A DNA stretch of 21,808 bases, taken from Octopus sinensis (lineage: Eukaryota). Made by a program: the position numbers and the translations under genes. Location of the stretch: the NCBI RefSeq assembly GCF_006345805.1, contig NW_021823632.1, positions 1 to 21,808 on the forward strand, given 5' to 3'. The notes beneath the pieces are model-generated. The model did not search any database. It saw only the letters and a list, made by a program, of their open reading frames with translations, and had not been told where the DNA came from. This document shows, one piece after another, positions 20,386 to 21,808 of the stretch; the stretch's first letter is position 1, and each line of letters begins with the position of its first letter.

Positions 20386-21255
20386 TTATACACTAACGTG
20401 CTTTGCTTTCCTTTTCTTTCTCCACGAAATTTAATTCTTTAAACCCCTCCGGTATAAAAGTTAATTTCGTTCATTTCTCTATGCTACCCTAAAACATCGC
20501 CATTTCCGCCATTCGTTCGTCTTTAAGGTACCTTCAATCCTTTAATTCGATCTTCGCCATTCGCGGTGCGCCGCCTTTTCCCACCCCCACCACCAATACG
20601 GTGAACACTGTTCACACCATCTACACCGGATATGCCCTCCCCCACCAACATTACGTGTGTCTCTCCCTCCTACCCCTCCTCCTCACATGCTTTCAATGGT
20701 ATTACCCCTCCCTCCCCACCAAGACAAGCAGCTAGCGCCGCAGCTCATCAACCGCCCCACTTATCTTACGTTTCCTCCTGTTTTGAATCTGTCACTGCCT
20801 CAACCAGCTATCTCCTTCCAGTCCCCTCCCCCACTCGTGATGTCCTACGTTTTATTTCCTACGAACCTGCACCAACCCTGCCTGTCATCGTTCCTCTTAC
20901 CCCAACCCTCCCCACTGGTGCTTCCCTATATTACCTGCACCCCCAAAAAGCACCATCCGAACGTGGCCGATGCCAGCGCCGCCTTGGCTGGCTTCCGTGC
21001 CACTGGTACGTTAAAAGCTCGAACCGATCGTGACCGATGCCGGACCCCCCCCTGGCACCTGTGCAGGTGGCACGTAAAAAGCACCCACAACACTCGCGGA
21101 GTGGTTGGCGTTAGGAAGGGCATCCAACCATAGAAACTCTGCCAGATCAGACTGGAGCCTGGAGCAGCCCCTGGCTTCCCAGACCCCGGTCAAACCGTCC
21201 AACCCGTGCTAGCGCGGAAAACGGACGTTAAACGATGATGATGATGATGATGATG

Positions 21256-21257
<2 letters not shown>
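20386..21257 (+). mobile_element. Composite element: ~560-bp C/CpG-rich 5' part joined to the RTE 3' tail with (GAT)n
   Basis: About 20945-21257 is homologous to 2077-2387(rc) and 13850-14161. The 5' part has no counterpart in either LINE copy. The whole unit is bounded by (TA)n on both sides. Confidence 0.65.
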
Positions 21258-21292
<35 letters not shown>

Positions 21293-21587
21293 GGCTCCAT
21301 GGATTGAGATGTAGGAAGGTGAGCTTCAAACAATCCATAGAAAATGTAAGAAACAACTTTCAGGAACAAAAGGGGTTTATTGGAGTGCAAGGTTGTTGGT
21401 TTATCCCTTACCGCATCTTCTGTGTTTGAACATGTGCCTCCTATTGATACTGTAAACTTGATTTAATCTAGACACCCTGGTCTGAAGAGTAGCCTGTGGT
21501 ATAAACTCGTTTGGATATTTACCAGTTCTGATGTTCCACCTGCTTTGAAACTTATGTAGCCCAGATTTTATCTACTCCATTACTTAA

Positions 21588-21590
<3 letters not shown>

Positions 21591-21649
<59 letters not shown>
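21591..21649. repeat. (AT)n microsatellite; others at ~352-371, 485-514, 2455-2474, 9494-9539, 10786-10822, 21259-21289, and (GT)n at 7657-7689, 18175-18208
   Basis: Read directly from the sequence. Confidence 0.95.
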
Positions 21650-21658
<9 letters not shown>

Positions 21659-21780
21659 GTATAATGTGTATTGTGTGTATGTAATTATTGATGTAATTAG
21701 GTTATAATGACCTAATTACATTTGTTTTCATTGGTTAATCTAATAATAATTTTTTCCTCTCCTCTTTGTATAACTTTCAG

Positions 21781-21808
21781 GCAACACTATGGTGTGGTAT
21801 CGTTGATG
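21781..21808 (+). CDS. Ankyrin-repeat protein, coding exon 5 (partial, runs off the window): (K)QHYGVVSLM
   Basis: TTTTTTCCTCTCCTCTTTGTATAACTTTCAG| acceptor ends at 21780. The AA+G junction gives TPLHVAVQKQHYGVVSLM, a correctly registered ankyrin helix pair. Confidence 0.8.

Noticed and set aside
20632-21133. Pro/Ser-rich ORFs 20632-21033 and 20657-21133
   Set aside because: They are a low-complexity consequence of C-rich sequence and run into the non-coding RTE tail. No domain is recognisable.

Overview
This is eukaryotic (animal) genomic DNA, AT-rich and dense in microsatellites. From recall of the repeat families (the RTE tail ...CGGACGTTAAAC(GAT)n and the SINE bodies), it is most likely an octopus or other cephalopod; that assignment is inference and was not checked by search. 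One intron-containing host gene runs on the + strand. I reconstruct five coding exons (3921-4004, 7826-7977, 14280-14436, 18377-19040, 21781->end) with GT-AG sites and consistent phases 0/2/0/2. They encode an all-ankyrin-repeat protein resembling the ankyrin region of Mind bomb (MIB1/2) E3 ligases. Exon 4 is internally expanded into 102-bp (34-aa) tandem repeats and carries a 1-nt deletion at 18857-18858, which is either a real frameshift or a homopolymer assembly error. The introns hold two 5'-truncated RTE-clade LINEs (10823-14161, young; 15273-18047, decayed), shorter elements sharing their 3' tail, a second RTE family fragment with tandem C2H2 fingers and a probable bipartite non-autonomous partner, SINE fragments, two piggyBac-type MITEs, a non-autonomous Helitron, a foldback-like element and an internally deleted mariner. 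The two most unusual signals are (1) a complete PHD finger inserted inside the RT domain of both LINE copies, and (2) an ankyrin array with a nucleotide-invariant framework whose variable codons are all non-synonymous and mostly fall on the canonical binding surface, like a natural DARPin.
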